Shown: positions 1 to 12,224 of the stretch, in pieces
Layout of the letters: the number at the start of each line of letters is the position of its first letter
Position numbering within the stretch: position 1 is the stretch's first letter
Assembly: GCF_964355755.1 (NCBI RefSeq)
Contig: NC_092672.1
Span: 7,936,001-8,000,000, forward strand
Direction of reading: 5' to 3'
Source: Antedon mediterranea
Lineage: Eukaryota > Animalia > Echinodermata
DNA length: 64,000 bases
Made by a program: the position numbers and the translations under genes
The notes under the pieces: model-generated
What the model was told of the DNA's origin: nothing
What the model saw: the letters and a program-made list of their open reading frames with translations, nothing else
The model's database searches: none

Positions 1-631
1 ACAATATATTTATTGAAAAAATGAATTTAAATAATTAAGAATTCGATATCAAGAATCGCTTAAAAAATATTCCCACAGTTTTTCCAATAATATACAAGTA
101 GTGAATGTTTATGAGTGCAATGGTACAAATAATTTCATGAGGCGAAAGATGATGCGATGATTGAACATTCATCATCACTCCTGAACAGTTTCTATAAACT
201 AACAGTTGATTTCAACCATTCAAAGAGAAACCCCACAGAATGCAACGTACTTTAAAAAGGGTAAATATTCGATTTTTCAATTTCGGTTTTGAATCGTTGC
301 TAAGTGACTTATTAAGCAACGCATAATCATCATGTTATATATTTTGTTCTGTGTATTTTATTTATGATTTAGGCCTATTCGATTTTAATGGCAATCAATT
401 TTATCTTGATTGATCGATATTAGAATGTATATTATTTGAATTGAAAATAGAACACCAAACTAGTTTTGTAATGCCAAGGTTAATTAAACATATTGTTAAT
501 TGTGGATTTTGTTCTGTATGTGTATTATTTATAGCTTATTCGAGTTTAATAGCAATCGATCTCATCACGATTAATCGATATTATTACTGTATATATTAGA
601 AGTAAGAAAAGAACACCAAACTAGTTTTGTT

Positions 632-3600
632 ATGCCACGGTTAAACATGTTTCTAACGTTTTCTATAAGTGTTTGGATTTTGTTCAGACCTTCTTCTTCA
701 GGTTGTAAGTATATGGCTTACTTCAAAGTATTGATATGTTCTAGGCATTGTCTTAAGTGACGATATTTGTATAAGTACGGTAGGGTGGAGGAGAGCAATT
801 TCTTCATATCTAATATCCATCTGTAGAAGCTTGGTTCCCACTAAGTCGCAACGCAAGGACGTAAGTCGCAACGCAAGGACGTAAGCCGCAACGCAAGAAC
901 GAATTGACCAATCACAAGCGACAGTCGGAATAATCCATCGGTTGCGGCGGCTCCTTGTATTGCGCTCTTGTGGGAATCAAGATAAAACAGTAGGCCTACC
1001 ACCGTCTGGTCACGTACAAGGCAATTCACCATAGATAGATGTAGTGAATGGAATCGATTACTAAACTAAAGGACGACGATTTGTACCATTCCAACTATCC
1101 CAAATCAACTTTCTCCAAATTAGGTGATATTCGATTCGAGAGCGGCGCACTTGTGGTTGAATTGGCTGGTCCTCACGAAAATCTTTCCGCTCCAAAATAT
1201 ATACAAGAAACAAATTAATTCGGTATCTTTATTGAATGAATAATAATATTATTTATTTCACTTTTTTTCATAAAACATTTTGTACATAGAATAGGTAACT
1301 GACTCATTTGAGTTACAGCGATGTGTTTTGCTTAAGCAGCACATGCTCAGCATTTTTTTCATCTCTTTTGGTTTTTTTAATAAATTGTATTGATTTTATG
1401 ATGGTCAAATAAATTTGGAGAAAGTTTTGGGATAGTTGGAATGGTAAAAATAATAAATTTGAAAAATTATAAAATAAAATGAAAACACAATATATATATA
1501 ATATAAAAAAAAACAATATTATGCAGCAAGATTTTAGAATTTTTGTACAAAATTAAAAATAAGCAGTATTATTACAAGGACGAATACAAAAATAACATCA
1601 ACAATGCAATACATGTCAGAAAAGAACAAACGCTACAATAAAATCATTAATTAAAAATTCATTAAAAATAAATTAAATGTTGTTCTACTCTATCGATGTC
1701 ATCAGTTATGGAATAGGGCTATTACAACGTTCAGTAGGCCTATACACATACGAACGTTTCTTTCAAGTGGTTTTGGGTATTATTGGTACTGTATTATTGT
1801 TTTGGCAGTGGTTGAGATTGGCCGTAACAAACCAGCAGTGAGAAGTTCCAACCATGGATCGTATGGACCAGAATGGGTCAATGACGGAAACCTGGCAACC
1901 TTCGTACATACAGGTATTACTTAACTGTACTAACGCTTGGTTCCTACTTAAAGAGTGTGGTTCCCACTAGAACGCAACGCAGCGACGTATTGACGTAATC
2001 CCAAGTGCTGCAAAAATTGCAGGTTTGATTTCACGCAGGCGGGGGCAAACACAATTATTGGAAGGGCATTTTCTTGCGTTGCGTAGGTTGCGTTACGTTG
2101 CGTCGCCAGTGGGAACCAAGGTTAAGCCACAACACACAACGACATGAGCGTAACGCAAGTCAGCCTTGACCAACCAAAAGTGATGGATTATTCAAAAGTG
2201 TCGTTTGTCATTGGTCAACTCGCTTGCGTTGCTCTTACGCCGTCGTTTCGTTGCATAGTTCTATTCTCTTTTTTGTTATAAATTAGCTTCTATATAAACC
2301 TAAACGACAATTCGATTACGCGTCAACTAGCAACAAGTGAGTTGACCAATCACAAACAGCAGTTCGGATGATCCATCACGTCATGATTGGTCAAATTACT
2401 TGTGGAGAGATTACGTTCCTGCGTCCTAGAGTAGGAACAAAAATCTAGCTTTAGCTTTAATTATGGATTATTTATCCAACTTTAATGTTAGTATTCTAAG
2501 TTAAACCTGCACTATATTTGATATCGAAGATCCTTAAAGCTTGGTTCTCACTAGCGACGCAACGTAACGTAATCTACACAACTTAAGAAAATGTCCTTCC
2601 AATCATTGTGTTTGCCCCCACCTGCGTGGAATTAAACCTACGATGTTTGCAGCACTATTGCCTTGTCGTTCCCACTTGTGATTACGCAATACAGCACGTT
2701 GCGTCGATACGTCACTGCGTTGCATTCTAGTGGGGACCAGGCTTAACACAGTGCTAGAATATATGAGATTATGTCGACACAGCCGGTACCTGCACTATAT
2801 TTTGGATACATTATAATACGATAATAAAAATAATACTAATAGGCTAATATCCTGTGGATTTCTAATATCCTACCTATAAGTGCTGTACAAAAAACTCCAA
2901 CCAATTTAAAAAAAAAACCCAATCCGATGATTGAGTGATAATTTTTTTATTCTGGAATCAAAAAACCTACATACGTAGATTTCTACAATCTGTAAAATAA
3001 TGTTTAGTATTTTATAACATTTGTTTATTTTATTTAAGGATATGAATTATCACCGTATGTATACATCGATCTTTTGGATATGTATTATGTTAAGCAAGTA
3101 AAAATTATCAATAGACAAGATTGTAAGTATAGTCGTTCTTTTAACATTTTGTGTACAGTACTTGAAAGAGTATACTGGCAAGTTGACCAATGACAAGTGA
3201 CAGTTCGAATAATCAATTGCTTGTGATTGATCAAATTACTTGAGTTGCATTTGCGTACTTGCGTTAAGCTCTGTCTACACTATCAAACTTTATGCAGGGA
3301 GTTTAACTCCCTGCTTTATGTGACAAAAGTATATGATGTGCCCATGGACATGATGACGTCATATCAATACCATATTTGGACACATCACACTTTTTAGTCA
3401 AAATGATTGGTGTAGACAGAGCTTTACGCCCTAGAGTGGGAACTAACATTGAAAACTCTGCCACAACCATTTCTGATATTTTGAACAGGTTGTCAAGATC
3501 GGGTGACAGGCGGCATTGTTAGAATAGGTGCATCAGTGGATAACATATTCGCAAATGTAGCTTGTGGAGAACCTATAGCTGCAGGAGAAACTTCAAATTC

Positions 3601-5150
3601 AGCAGACATTTACAGAGATTGCGAACTGACTGAATTAGTTCGATATGTCAGCTTGTCTTTAGACGGTATTCAAGAGTATATAAACATTGCTGAAATAGAG
3701 GTTTATACTAATGGTATGTATATTTAGTATTGATAAAACAAAGTCGGTTGTACACTGGCAATTATTTTCAATAAAATGTTCTTTTTTTTTTCCTATCGAG
3801 TCATCGCCACAAACAGGTTGGCTACAATCTTAATATAAAAAACTACCGATAAAAAATACAATTCTTTAAAACGGACATACAATGTAGAACATCGAACATA
3901 TAAAGACCATAGTACAAGTTAACTAAGTGGTAATAAAGGGAAAGAAGTAATGCCATTTTTTTTAAATATCGATATTGGTCTTATTTCCCTTAAAGACCCG
4001 TTACGTTGATACTACGTATCATCGTCCTATATAGTATAAACTAGCCTTTTAATGTAGTGTGATTGCTGAATACTGCAACTGAATTCTTATTTTTTTCTTA
4101 GCGCTAACTTATAATAATTACTGCTATGAATATTCCCTTGTTGCTGCAACATGGAGTGAAGCAAAATTAGATTGTGAGAGTCGTTCTTCGACGCTCGTTA
4201 CAATAAACACTGAAGACGAGCTTACCCATTTGATGTCGTCATTCAGCTCATCTACATGCACATGGACAGGTCTTAATGACATCACAACTGAAGGAGAACC
4301 TGATTGGTTGACTCATGATACTACGGTGTATTCCAACTACAGCAATGCTAACAACGATGCAAATGACTGTTTTTCTATGACTACTGATGACACTCTATTA
4401 CGTAATGAAGATTGCAATTCTGAATTAGTTTATATTTGTGAAGGTGAGTTCACACTGCGTTGCATTAAACGCCCCTCTTTTCCACCCACCCCACCCCAAC
4501 TACCCTATTAAATAACCAGATCTAATTTGAATATCTTTCTGAAGTAACGTATAAGTTTAATAAACATTTAATTCGAAAACATGTTCGTACAACAAAGTAA
4601 ATCATTTGACGTGCGTATACAAAATTAAAGCTTGGTTTGCACTTGGACGCAACGCAACGACGTAGGTGCAACGCAAGTGAGTTGACCAATCACAACGACA
4701 GATACTCAATTAAAAATAACAATGAGCTGCATGTAGTTGTAAATTTACACCCAAAAAAAATAAACTCTATCGAACAAGGGCCCCTAAAAACCTTATAAAT
4801 ACGGTAAAAAAATAGAGCATAATTTTTAAATGAAATAAAATACAGTAAATGTTCAACTATTATCAACTTGCATTTTATATCTTACAGCAAGGGGCAACAG
4901 CTATAAAACCTATGAGATTGGCACAAGAGACAAAATCCCGACTGATGAGTTCGTAATAAAGCGTATGCTAGCTATCAGCCCAGGCCTATGCTCACTGGGA
5001 TGTACTACATCGGATGCTTGTACTTCGTTTTCATTTAATTTCATGACACATGAGTGTAAACTTAGTAAGAGTACAGGTCAGGACAACCAACTTACAGATG
5101 AACAATTCGCTAATTTATATATAATAAATTCGTCTGGTTTAACTTGTTAA
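632..5150 (+). CDS. Secreted multidomain lectin copy 1: signal peptide + F-type lectin domain + C-type lectin-like domain + PAN/apple domain (~363 aa)
   Basis: Exons 632-704, 1809-1913, 3039-3122, 3489-3713, 4102-4443, 4888-5150, all GT-AG and phase 1, splice into one open frame. Signal-like MPRLNMFLTFSISVWILFRPSSSG. F-type lectin motif H-x26-R-x-D-x4-R (HTGYELSPYVYIDL...INRQDCCQDR). CTLD: CY..TWSEAKLDC..WTGLND..YICE. PAN: CSLGC....ACTSFSF....ECKL. Confidence 0.88.
828..945. mobile_element. PIF/Harbinger-like MITE family A, left portion
   Basis: agcttggttcccacta..cgcaacgcaaggacgtaa (repeated)..ttgaccaatcacaagcgacag. The same sequence recurs at ~2130-2440, 3176-3445, 4629-4700, 18073-18230, 23940-23995 and 33906-34036. 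Confidence 0.7.
1952..2122. mobile_element. Harbinger-like MITE nested in an older family A copy
   Basis: TIR tggttcccactag.../...agtgggaacca with TAA on both sides. It interrupts gcttggttcctact|...; its interior is the reverse complement of the 2538-2743 element. Confidence 0.7.
2538..2743. mobile_element. Harbinger-like MITE, complete
   Basis: TIRs agcttggttctcactag / ctagtggggaccaggct. TAA target duplication at 2535-2537 and 2744-2746. Confidence 0.8.
3267..3423. mobile_element. Harbinger-like MITE family B, nested in a family A copy
   Basis: TIR agctctgtctacac / gtgtagacagagct with TTA duplication. An inverted second copy lies at ~46010-46151. Confidence 0.8.
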
Positions 5151-5859
5151 AAGTAACGATACAAAACAAAGCGGGAAAAAGACGTACAAAAGAAGAAAAC
5201 AAAACATGACGGATTAACTGTGGCTCCAAAATAAAAAATGAAAAGAGATATGCAATATATCTAAATATGAACAATGTTTCTATGAATTTTATAGGAAAAC
5301 ATGTTATAAGTTTATTTGTAGAATGGAAGATAGTGCAAACAAACTATAGTTAAAACTGTCTCTATAGTTACACATTTTCGACGCTAAATGTTAACAGAAT
5401 GGCACTTCTCAGAGCTAAAGTTGTTTTTATTGATTTTTTTTCTTTTTTACTGATGTTTTATGATGATGATTGATGTGCTTTATTTTCTTTTTTTTTGTAT
5501 GGCTTGTAAATTGCTGAAATAAAGTTGACTATTATTATTATTATTACATATAATAACATTCTGAAATGAATATTTTAAAACCAATGCATAGTTAAAATTT
5601 TAAATATATGAAACATAAACAACCATGCATTTATATTTGTTGATGTAAGAATGTTTAAAACTCTTCAACAAAAAATGTATGCATCATCAACATCAGCGCC
5701 ATTTTAATTTGCTACTTGGCTATCTAACGAAGTAGAGTATTGCACTGCATGCTGTGGTGAGCAATAGAACATGTAGAATTACATGGCATACCGAACTTTA
5801 AATTTACAACGCAATACACATAATTGTGTCATTGATAACGATAACGTGGTGGTGGTAGA

Positions 5860-6510
5860 TAATGATGGTGATGGTGAAACCATCGGTAGTCGATTATGAT
5901 GGTGAAACCATCGGTAGTCGATTATGATGGTGATACCATCGGTAGTCGATTATGATGGGGATACCATCGGTAGTCGATGGTGATGGTGAAACCATCGGTA
6001 GTCGATTATGATGGGGATGATACCATCGGTAGTCGATGGTGATGGTGAAACCATCGGTAGTCGATTATGATGGGATACCATCGGTAGTCGATGGTGATGG
6101 TGAAACCATCGGTAGTCGATTATGATGGGGATACCATCGGTAGTCGATGGTGATGGTGAAACCATCGGTAGTCGATTATGATGGGGATACCATCGGTAGT
6201 CGATTATGATGGTAAAACCATCGGTAGTCGATTATGATGGGGATACCATCGGTAGTCGATTATGATGGGGGGATACCATCGGTAGTCGATTATGATGGTG
6301 AAAGCATCGGTATTCGACTGAGGTGATACCAATAGTAAGATTGATGGGTCAACTGAGGTGATACCATTGGTAGTCGATTGTGATGGTGAAACCATTGGTA
6401 CCGTAGTCGATTGTGATGGTGAAACCATTGGTAGTCGACTGAGGTGATACCAATAGTAATATAGTGATGGTGATACCAATGGTAATCGATAGTGATTGTG
6501 ATACCAATGT
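5860..6510. repeat. Minisatellite with a ~25-31 bp unit (tgatggtgaaaccatcggtagtcgatta)
   Basis: About 20 tandem units, near-perfect at 5870-6295 and degenerate after that. It explains the repetitive minus-strand ORFs. Confidence 0.95.
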
Positions 6511-7350
6511 ATAGAAACAAAATATTTTAAGTTACTATATAAAACACTATCTATGGAAATTATCTTTTTCTAATGTAAAAACTGAAAAATAGAAATGAAG
6601 ACGCCGAAGACGCTTAAAGAACATTTGTTTATACTATTCAATCGATATAAATAATCAATATGTAATCATAATACTAATTGATATTGGCCGTGGAACTACA
6701 GAATAAATTTATATAGGTCCATGATTAGACAGACATAAGGAGTCATTATGAAGATAAAAGAATTAAAATTCTTTTATCCATAATATTCAATCATTCAAAT
6801 TAAAATGAACTATGAACAATATTACTTACATGGTAACCAGCGAACAACACAAATACATACCAAGTTTACTCAACCAAATGACTTAAATGTAGGTCAATCA
6901 TAACCAATTACAATAGGAATTTGTAAAATGGGTCGATTTCGATTATGTTCGATTAACACAAACAAATACCCTGGCGTATACATAAAGTATTGTTTCCATT
7001 AATTTCACGTAGGCCTAATTAAATTAATATAATTTTGCACATTATCAATTATATTGATTTAGTATGAAAGCTAAATATAGCTACTGCGTATTAATATTAT
7101 TATTACACTATTATTACTTCTCTGTTAATAAACACTTACTAAAAGTAAGTAATTTGTTACTGAAAAATCAACAATCAATTTGAAACCGTAATTAGCGACA
7201 GGTAATTATTTTCAAATTTTACTTCATTTCACGTTTTATTTTCCATACCAAAGCCGTTTTTTCCAGGTGTAAAAGATATGATTCAAACTTTCCATTTCAA
7301 CTGCGTAATGTGAATAGAGCAAGTAGTTATCATAGGGCAAGGTAAGTTAA

Positions 7351-7551
7351 GGCTAACTCCGGCAGTGTAGTACGGCGAAGCCCGACGAGTCGGCTCGTCG
7401 AGAGAAAATTAAACATGTTTGAAGTTCTCTCAACGACATAAAAACTACCCCGACGCTATCCCAAGACGAATCGTCTCGTCGGGATTCAACTACGGGATTC
7501 AACAGCACCTAGACGTTCCGTCGGGCCTCGTCGTACGATGCTATGTTGGCC
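7351..7551. mobile_element. MITE flanked by TTAA, superfamily uncertain (Harbinger or Kolobok)
   Basis: Imperfect TIRs ggctaac..gtacggcgaagcccgacg / cgtcgggcctcgtcgtac..gttggcc, with TTAA on both sides. Confidence 0.6.
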
Positions 7552-8106
7552 TTAATCAGGAGACAAGACGGCAGATTTTCGCAGTCTAGTGTCTTACATA
7601 ATACTACGTTCGAGTGTCGGGTGGTTATCGATAACTTCTGTTATAAAGCAAATGAAAATTATGTGTCGTTGTTTTTCAATATTTTTCTACTTCATGAAGA
7701 AGTCAATCAAAACATTTCTTCGTTTTTTTCAATAATAAAAATATGAATATTTACTTATAAAGATTCACACACTCTCGATTCTACTAAAAAAAGTGTAAAC
7801 AGCAAAATGATAATAGGCCTACAATGTGGCTTTGATTTTTTTTTTTATTAGCGCAATACAAATGTTTAATTATTATTATAGTGTAAGCTCTATTCAATGT
7901 TGCTGTGTTTTCTAAATTGCTAATTCTTCTGTAGGCGCCAAATACAGTTAATTTGAAAATCAGCTTCACAGTATAAATTAATCAATCAATCAACTATAGG
8001 CCTATTTATGTACGTGTGGCGAGCTGCTTATTGACTTTCGATTGCAGGCGGTTATCTAATTATATAATTTCATTCATTCAAATTTTTATTGTCCAGCCAA
8101 ATTGAA

Positions 8107-11100
8107 ATGAATGTACTACTGGTGTTGATCGAACTCGCCGTATTTATTGCTCGTGTATCTGCCAGTGGTAAGTAGGCCTACTTTTGTTTTGATTCATTTA
8201 CTATTATCATATTTGTATCACGAAAAAAAAAATGTGTCAAATAAAAAATTATTTGAAAATAGGCTAAACTCTCCAAAAGTTTAAACAAAGCCTAATCTGT
8301 TTTTATCCAGAGAAAATTGCACATGGAAAACCAGCTTATAGTAGCACGTGTATTGATGATAATCATTGGGCGCCAGAGCATATAAACGATGGACTAGATA
8401 ACAAATGCACGCATTCGCGTATGTATACCAGTAATTAAAGCTCTTTAGGATCCTTCGTTCTCACAGGGAAGAATTCACTCTTCTCTGGTTATCCCAAGCA
8501 TTTTTAATCATGTAACGACAATGGTGATATTTAAAAAAAAAAACGATACGATGGCGGAAATGTATCGTCGTGATGATGAAAGTGGTGTACGGCATTAGTC
8601 AAATGTTACATTCATAAGAGTTTATTTATGGAACATTTTATCATCAGATACTGTTTAAGGTTAGAATTGAACGAAGGAAGATTTTAAGAGAGATTTTTCA
8701 CTGTAGCTTCCAAATAAATTATAATTATTATAATTGCCGCATTTATTGATAGGTAATTCTGTGGGTATCAGTGGCTGGATCTCAATGGAGAAAAAATAAA
8801 TAAGTTAAAGTAAAATAGTCAGAAAAATTAGCAGAGCTTTCTGGCAACACTAGCCCTTTATCAGTGCAAGTTAATTGTTATACTATATCTCTATAATTAT
8901 TATATAGATAATGAGCTGATACCTTATGTACCGTATACATCGATCTTGAAGACATTTATTCTATACAACGAGTGGAAATAACTAACAGGCTGGAGGACTG
9001 TAAGTAAGAATGTTGCAATTGTGATAATATATTCCAAAATCCACCTACTTATTTTGTCAATATGTCTCTACACGTATACAAGTTTATGTACTTTAAAACC
9101 CACCAAATACACGTACTTTCTTTTCATTGGAAATGATACTGCACACATTAAATTTCATTCATTTCATTTCATCTTTTATTTCGGAAAAAAGAATACAGAG
9201 TACAAAATTCTTATTAGCTCAAGAACAAATTACAAGTGTATACATTATTATAAATAATTTGACCAAATTGTCAAATTGGTTTTTAGTTAAATTTAACTGT
9301 TTATTTGGTAAGCGCCATTATTTTTTTTTCATCATAACTTATTTTTTGTGGAACAATCTATTGCATAAATAAATAAAACCATACAAAAAGTCTTTAAAAA
9401 AGTTTGATTGTATCTTTTTTCCGAGGGCAAATATACATATTGAAAATAACTAATTCCAACTTTTTAGTTGTATTTTAATCGTTTATGAACGTCATTGAAC
9501 CAATCGCATTGCATTCCAACAGGTTGCAAATATCGGACGGTTGGTGGCGTTATCAGAATTGGAATGTCAGATGACGTCCTATCAAACCAAGCTTGTGGGG
9601 AGCCAATAACGACAAGCGAAGTTGATGCTAGTCAACTTATAGTGAAAGAATTTAGTCGATCGGTGTTGGGAAGATATGTTAGTATTTCGATAGAAAACGT
9701 TGATATATATTGCCTATAAATATCTGTGAAGTTAAAGTGTTTATCGAAGGTAAATATTATTCGTATCACATTTAGGACTAAAATCATATTGACGCAACGG
9801 GTCCCAATGTATAGGGTAGATTTTAATTTAGTCCTTATTTAAAACTACTGTTTAAAAAACTATTTCTTTCTATAGACGTAGTATCAATATTATATTTTTT
9901 TGTTCACATTGCTTAGATTTATCTGTTTTTTTTTTCTAACACAGCGACAACCTTATATTGAGGAGGCTGAGGCAAACGCAAATTGCTTAAAACTCTTTTG
10001 GCGTCTTTATGTATTGCTGCATAATTATTGATTGATTCTATCATGATTTCATAGATAATATATATATAATGTTATGTTTACATAGAAGTTTTAATTATCA
10101 AACCATTTAGAGTTGGCGGCGATTCAGCCTTTAGGCCCTACTCATAAAAAGAAAAATATGTTGGCACATATGGCGTGTCTGGAATTTAGTTACGAAGAAA
10201 ACTAAAATAAAAACTTCGATTGGTGAATGTGAACTGCAATAATTATTACATTTTACTATAATAAATGAGAGTATCATACATCAAAACATTATGAATACAT
10301 ATTTATTGTTTTTTAACCTTCAGTCAGGTTGTACAACAACAATTGTTATAAAGTATCTGATACTCCAAAAACCTGGAGCGATGCCAAGGCAGCATGTGAA
10401 AGTCAATTCTCAACGCTTCTGACCATCAATACAACACAGAGGACGAGAGAACTTATGTCACAAACTTGACGTCATCATTTAGCTCCTTCTGGACAGGTCT
10501 CAATGACATCGAGCAAGAAGGTAATCCAGAATGGTTGACCAGTGACACGCCGACTTACATGAACTATGACAAAGCAGAAAGTGAAGATGACATGGATTGC
10601 TTCAGAATTACCGCCAATGATGGATCCTTACGTCATGCAGATTGCAACTCAGAAATGCAATATATATGTGAAAGTAAGAATATATTTATGTATCGTAATG
10701 TCACTCTTCATGAATGATAGTGTCTAGAATGAAAAATTTTCTTTATTTTGATGTTTACCTTTTAAGGCTTGGTATACATCTATATCTTTGTGCAACAATA
10801 TGCAGTGCAATAATATAATTATTATGTTTTCTTTTATAGCAAAATCTGTCGCTTACAAAAAGTTTGAAATCAATGCACAAAACAAATCTCCAACCTCAGA
10901 GTACGTGAGAAGCCTGCTCTCTACAAGTCCTGGAACATGTTCACTAGAATGCGGAAATGTGGACGCGTGTAGTTCGTTTTCATACAATCACAAGACGAAC
11001 GAGTGTATTATTAATATTAGTACCAGTACAGGTCAAGATGGAGAACTTACTGATGCTGAAATGGTTGATTTTTAATTAGTCACATTTTCACAAGCAGTGT

Positions 11101-11117
11101 GCATTACAGTCAACTAA
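8107..11117 (+). pseudogene. Multidomain lectin copy 2, pseudogene (F-type lectin / CTLD / PAN)
   Basis: Exons 8107-8167, 8311-8418, 8908-8999, 9523-9749, 10324-10673, 10840-11117 are homologous to copies 1/3/4. Lesions: +5 nt in exon 3 (92 nt versus 84 in intact copies, including one extra codon), +2 nt in a TA run in exon 4 giving TAA at 9717-9719, +5 nt in exon 5 giving TGA, and a premature TAA at 11073-11075 where copies 3/4 have TAC. Confidence 0.85.
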
Positions 11118-11504
11118 GTATTTTTGGTTGTCTTTAAAGACTTTAACTTTAAATAAACTTAAGTTGTAGGCCTAGTAGTCATTAGTTATTCATGATATGC
11201 CTTTTTGTTGCAATCTGAATGATAAGTGATGTTAAATATAAATTCCAATGTTCATTATTGTTTATTGTTCACTAGTAGTAGAATTAACAACAATTGTTTT
11301 ATATTAAACCATCTTGGAATAAATATACAAGGTAACTGTTGTAAACTGATCAACCAAATTATAGACTTTTAAAAACTAAAAAAAAAACAGCAACAAAAAA
11401 TGATGACGAATAACGGGAAATCATGCCAACAATTATGTAAACAAAATATGGTTTAAAAAACAAATAAAATACAGTAATAGTGTAGTTAATTGATGATGGA
11501 CAAT

Positions 11505-11983
11505 AGAGCGGTTTCGCAATCTTACGAATACGATAACGAAAACGGATACGTCACGCACACGTATTAAGCCATAAAAAAATCTGTTTCGCATGGCAACGAA
11601 ATATTGAGGCGCGTCCAAAATATGACTGCGGTAAATTTGAGCGAAGCGCAGGTACGTGTTGCTTGGTGCTTGGCTGCTGCCTAGGCCTAGCGTAACATCA
11701 AAGCGAGTTTATCAAAATTGACTTGGCATTTTAGTAAATTACTTTAGTAAATTACTTTCAATAAATCTATAATTATATTATAATCAAGAATCATTCCTGA
11801 TTCAAATGCAAAATGTGCAAAATAGATCAAAAACTATACTCGTTTTGTAGTTACGAATATGACTGGTGATATTCGTCAACACGAATACGCTTTACGAATA
11901 TGAAATGGATCAGCTCAAAAGTTTCACAAATGTATGACGTATCCGTTTTCGTTATCGTATTCGTAAGGTTGCGAAACCTCCCT
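11505..11983. mobile_element. MITE with ~50-bp TIRs and AT target duplication (ISL2EU-like)
   Basis: agagcggtttcgcaatcttacgaatacgataacgaaaacggatacgtca / tgacgtatccgttttcgttatcgtattcgtaaggttgcgaaacctccct. AT at 11503-11504 and 11984-11985. Confidence 0.75.
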
Positions 11984-12154
11984 ATTAGTTTTGTAATGAA
12001 AATAACGTTCAAAATGTCAAAAGAGAAGAAAAAGAAACAATGCTTAATAATATTTATTCGGCAAAAGTTCTTGCCAGGAGCAAGTAATAGACATGAGCCA
12101 AACAGAAAAACTGCTTATGGGTAGAAAATAAATAAAATAAAACGAATTGAACAA

Positions 12155-12224
12155 ACTGATGCTGAAAATGTTGATTTTTACTCTGTTACCTTTTCAAAAA
12201 ACAGTGTGCACTAAATTCAACTGA
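12155..12224 (+). pseudogene. Remnant of the last (PAN) exon of a fifth lectin copy
   Basis: actgatgctgaaaatgttgatttttactctgttaccttttcaaaaaacagtgtgcactaaattcaactga closely matches the end of the copy 3 CDS (TDAENVDVYTVTFSEAMCTKFN*), with a 1-nt frameshift. No upstream exons were seen. Confidence 0.8.

Noticed and set aside
5860-6510. CRISPR-like array of palindromic ~28-bp repeats
   Set aside because: The units are directly adjacent with no unique spacers, there are no cas genes, and the context is eukaryotic.
11073-11075. Programmed readthrough or recoding at the internal stop of lectin copy 2
   Set aside because: The codon is TAA replacing TAC, and the gene has three upstream frameshifts, so simple decay explains it.
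11433-12124. Two ORFs sharing DVSVFVIVFVRLRN as paralogous genes
   Set aside because: The shared peptide comes from the inverted terminal repeats of the 11505-11983 MITE.
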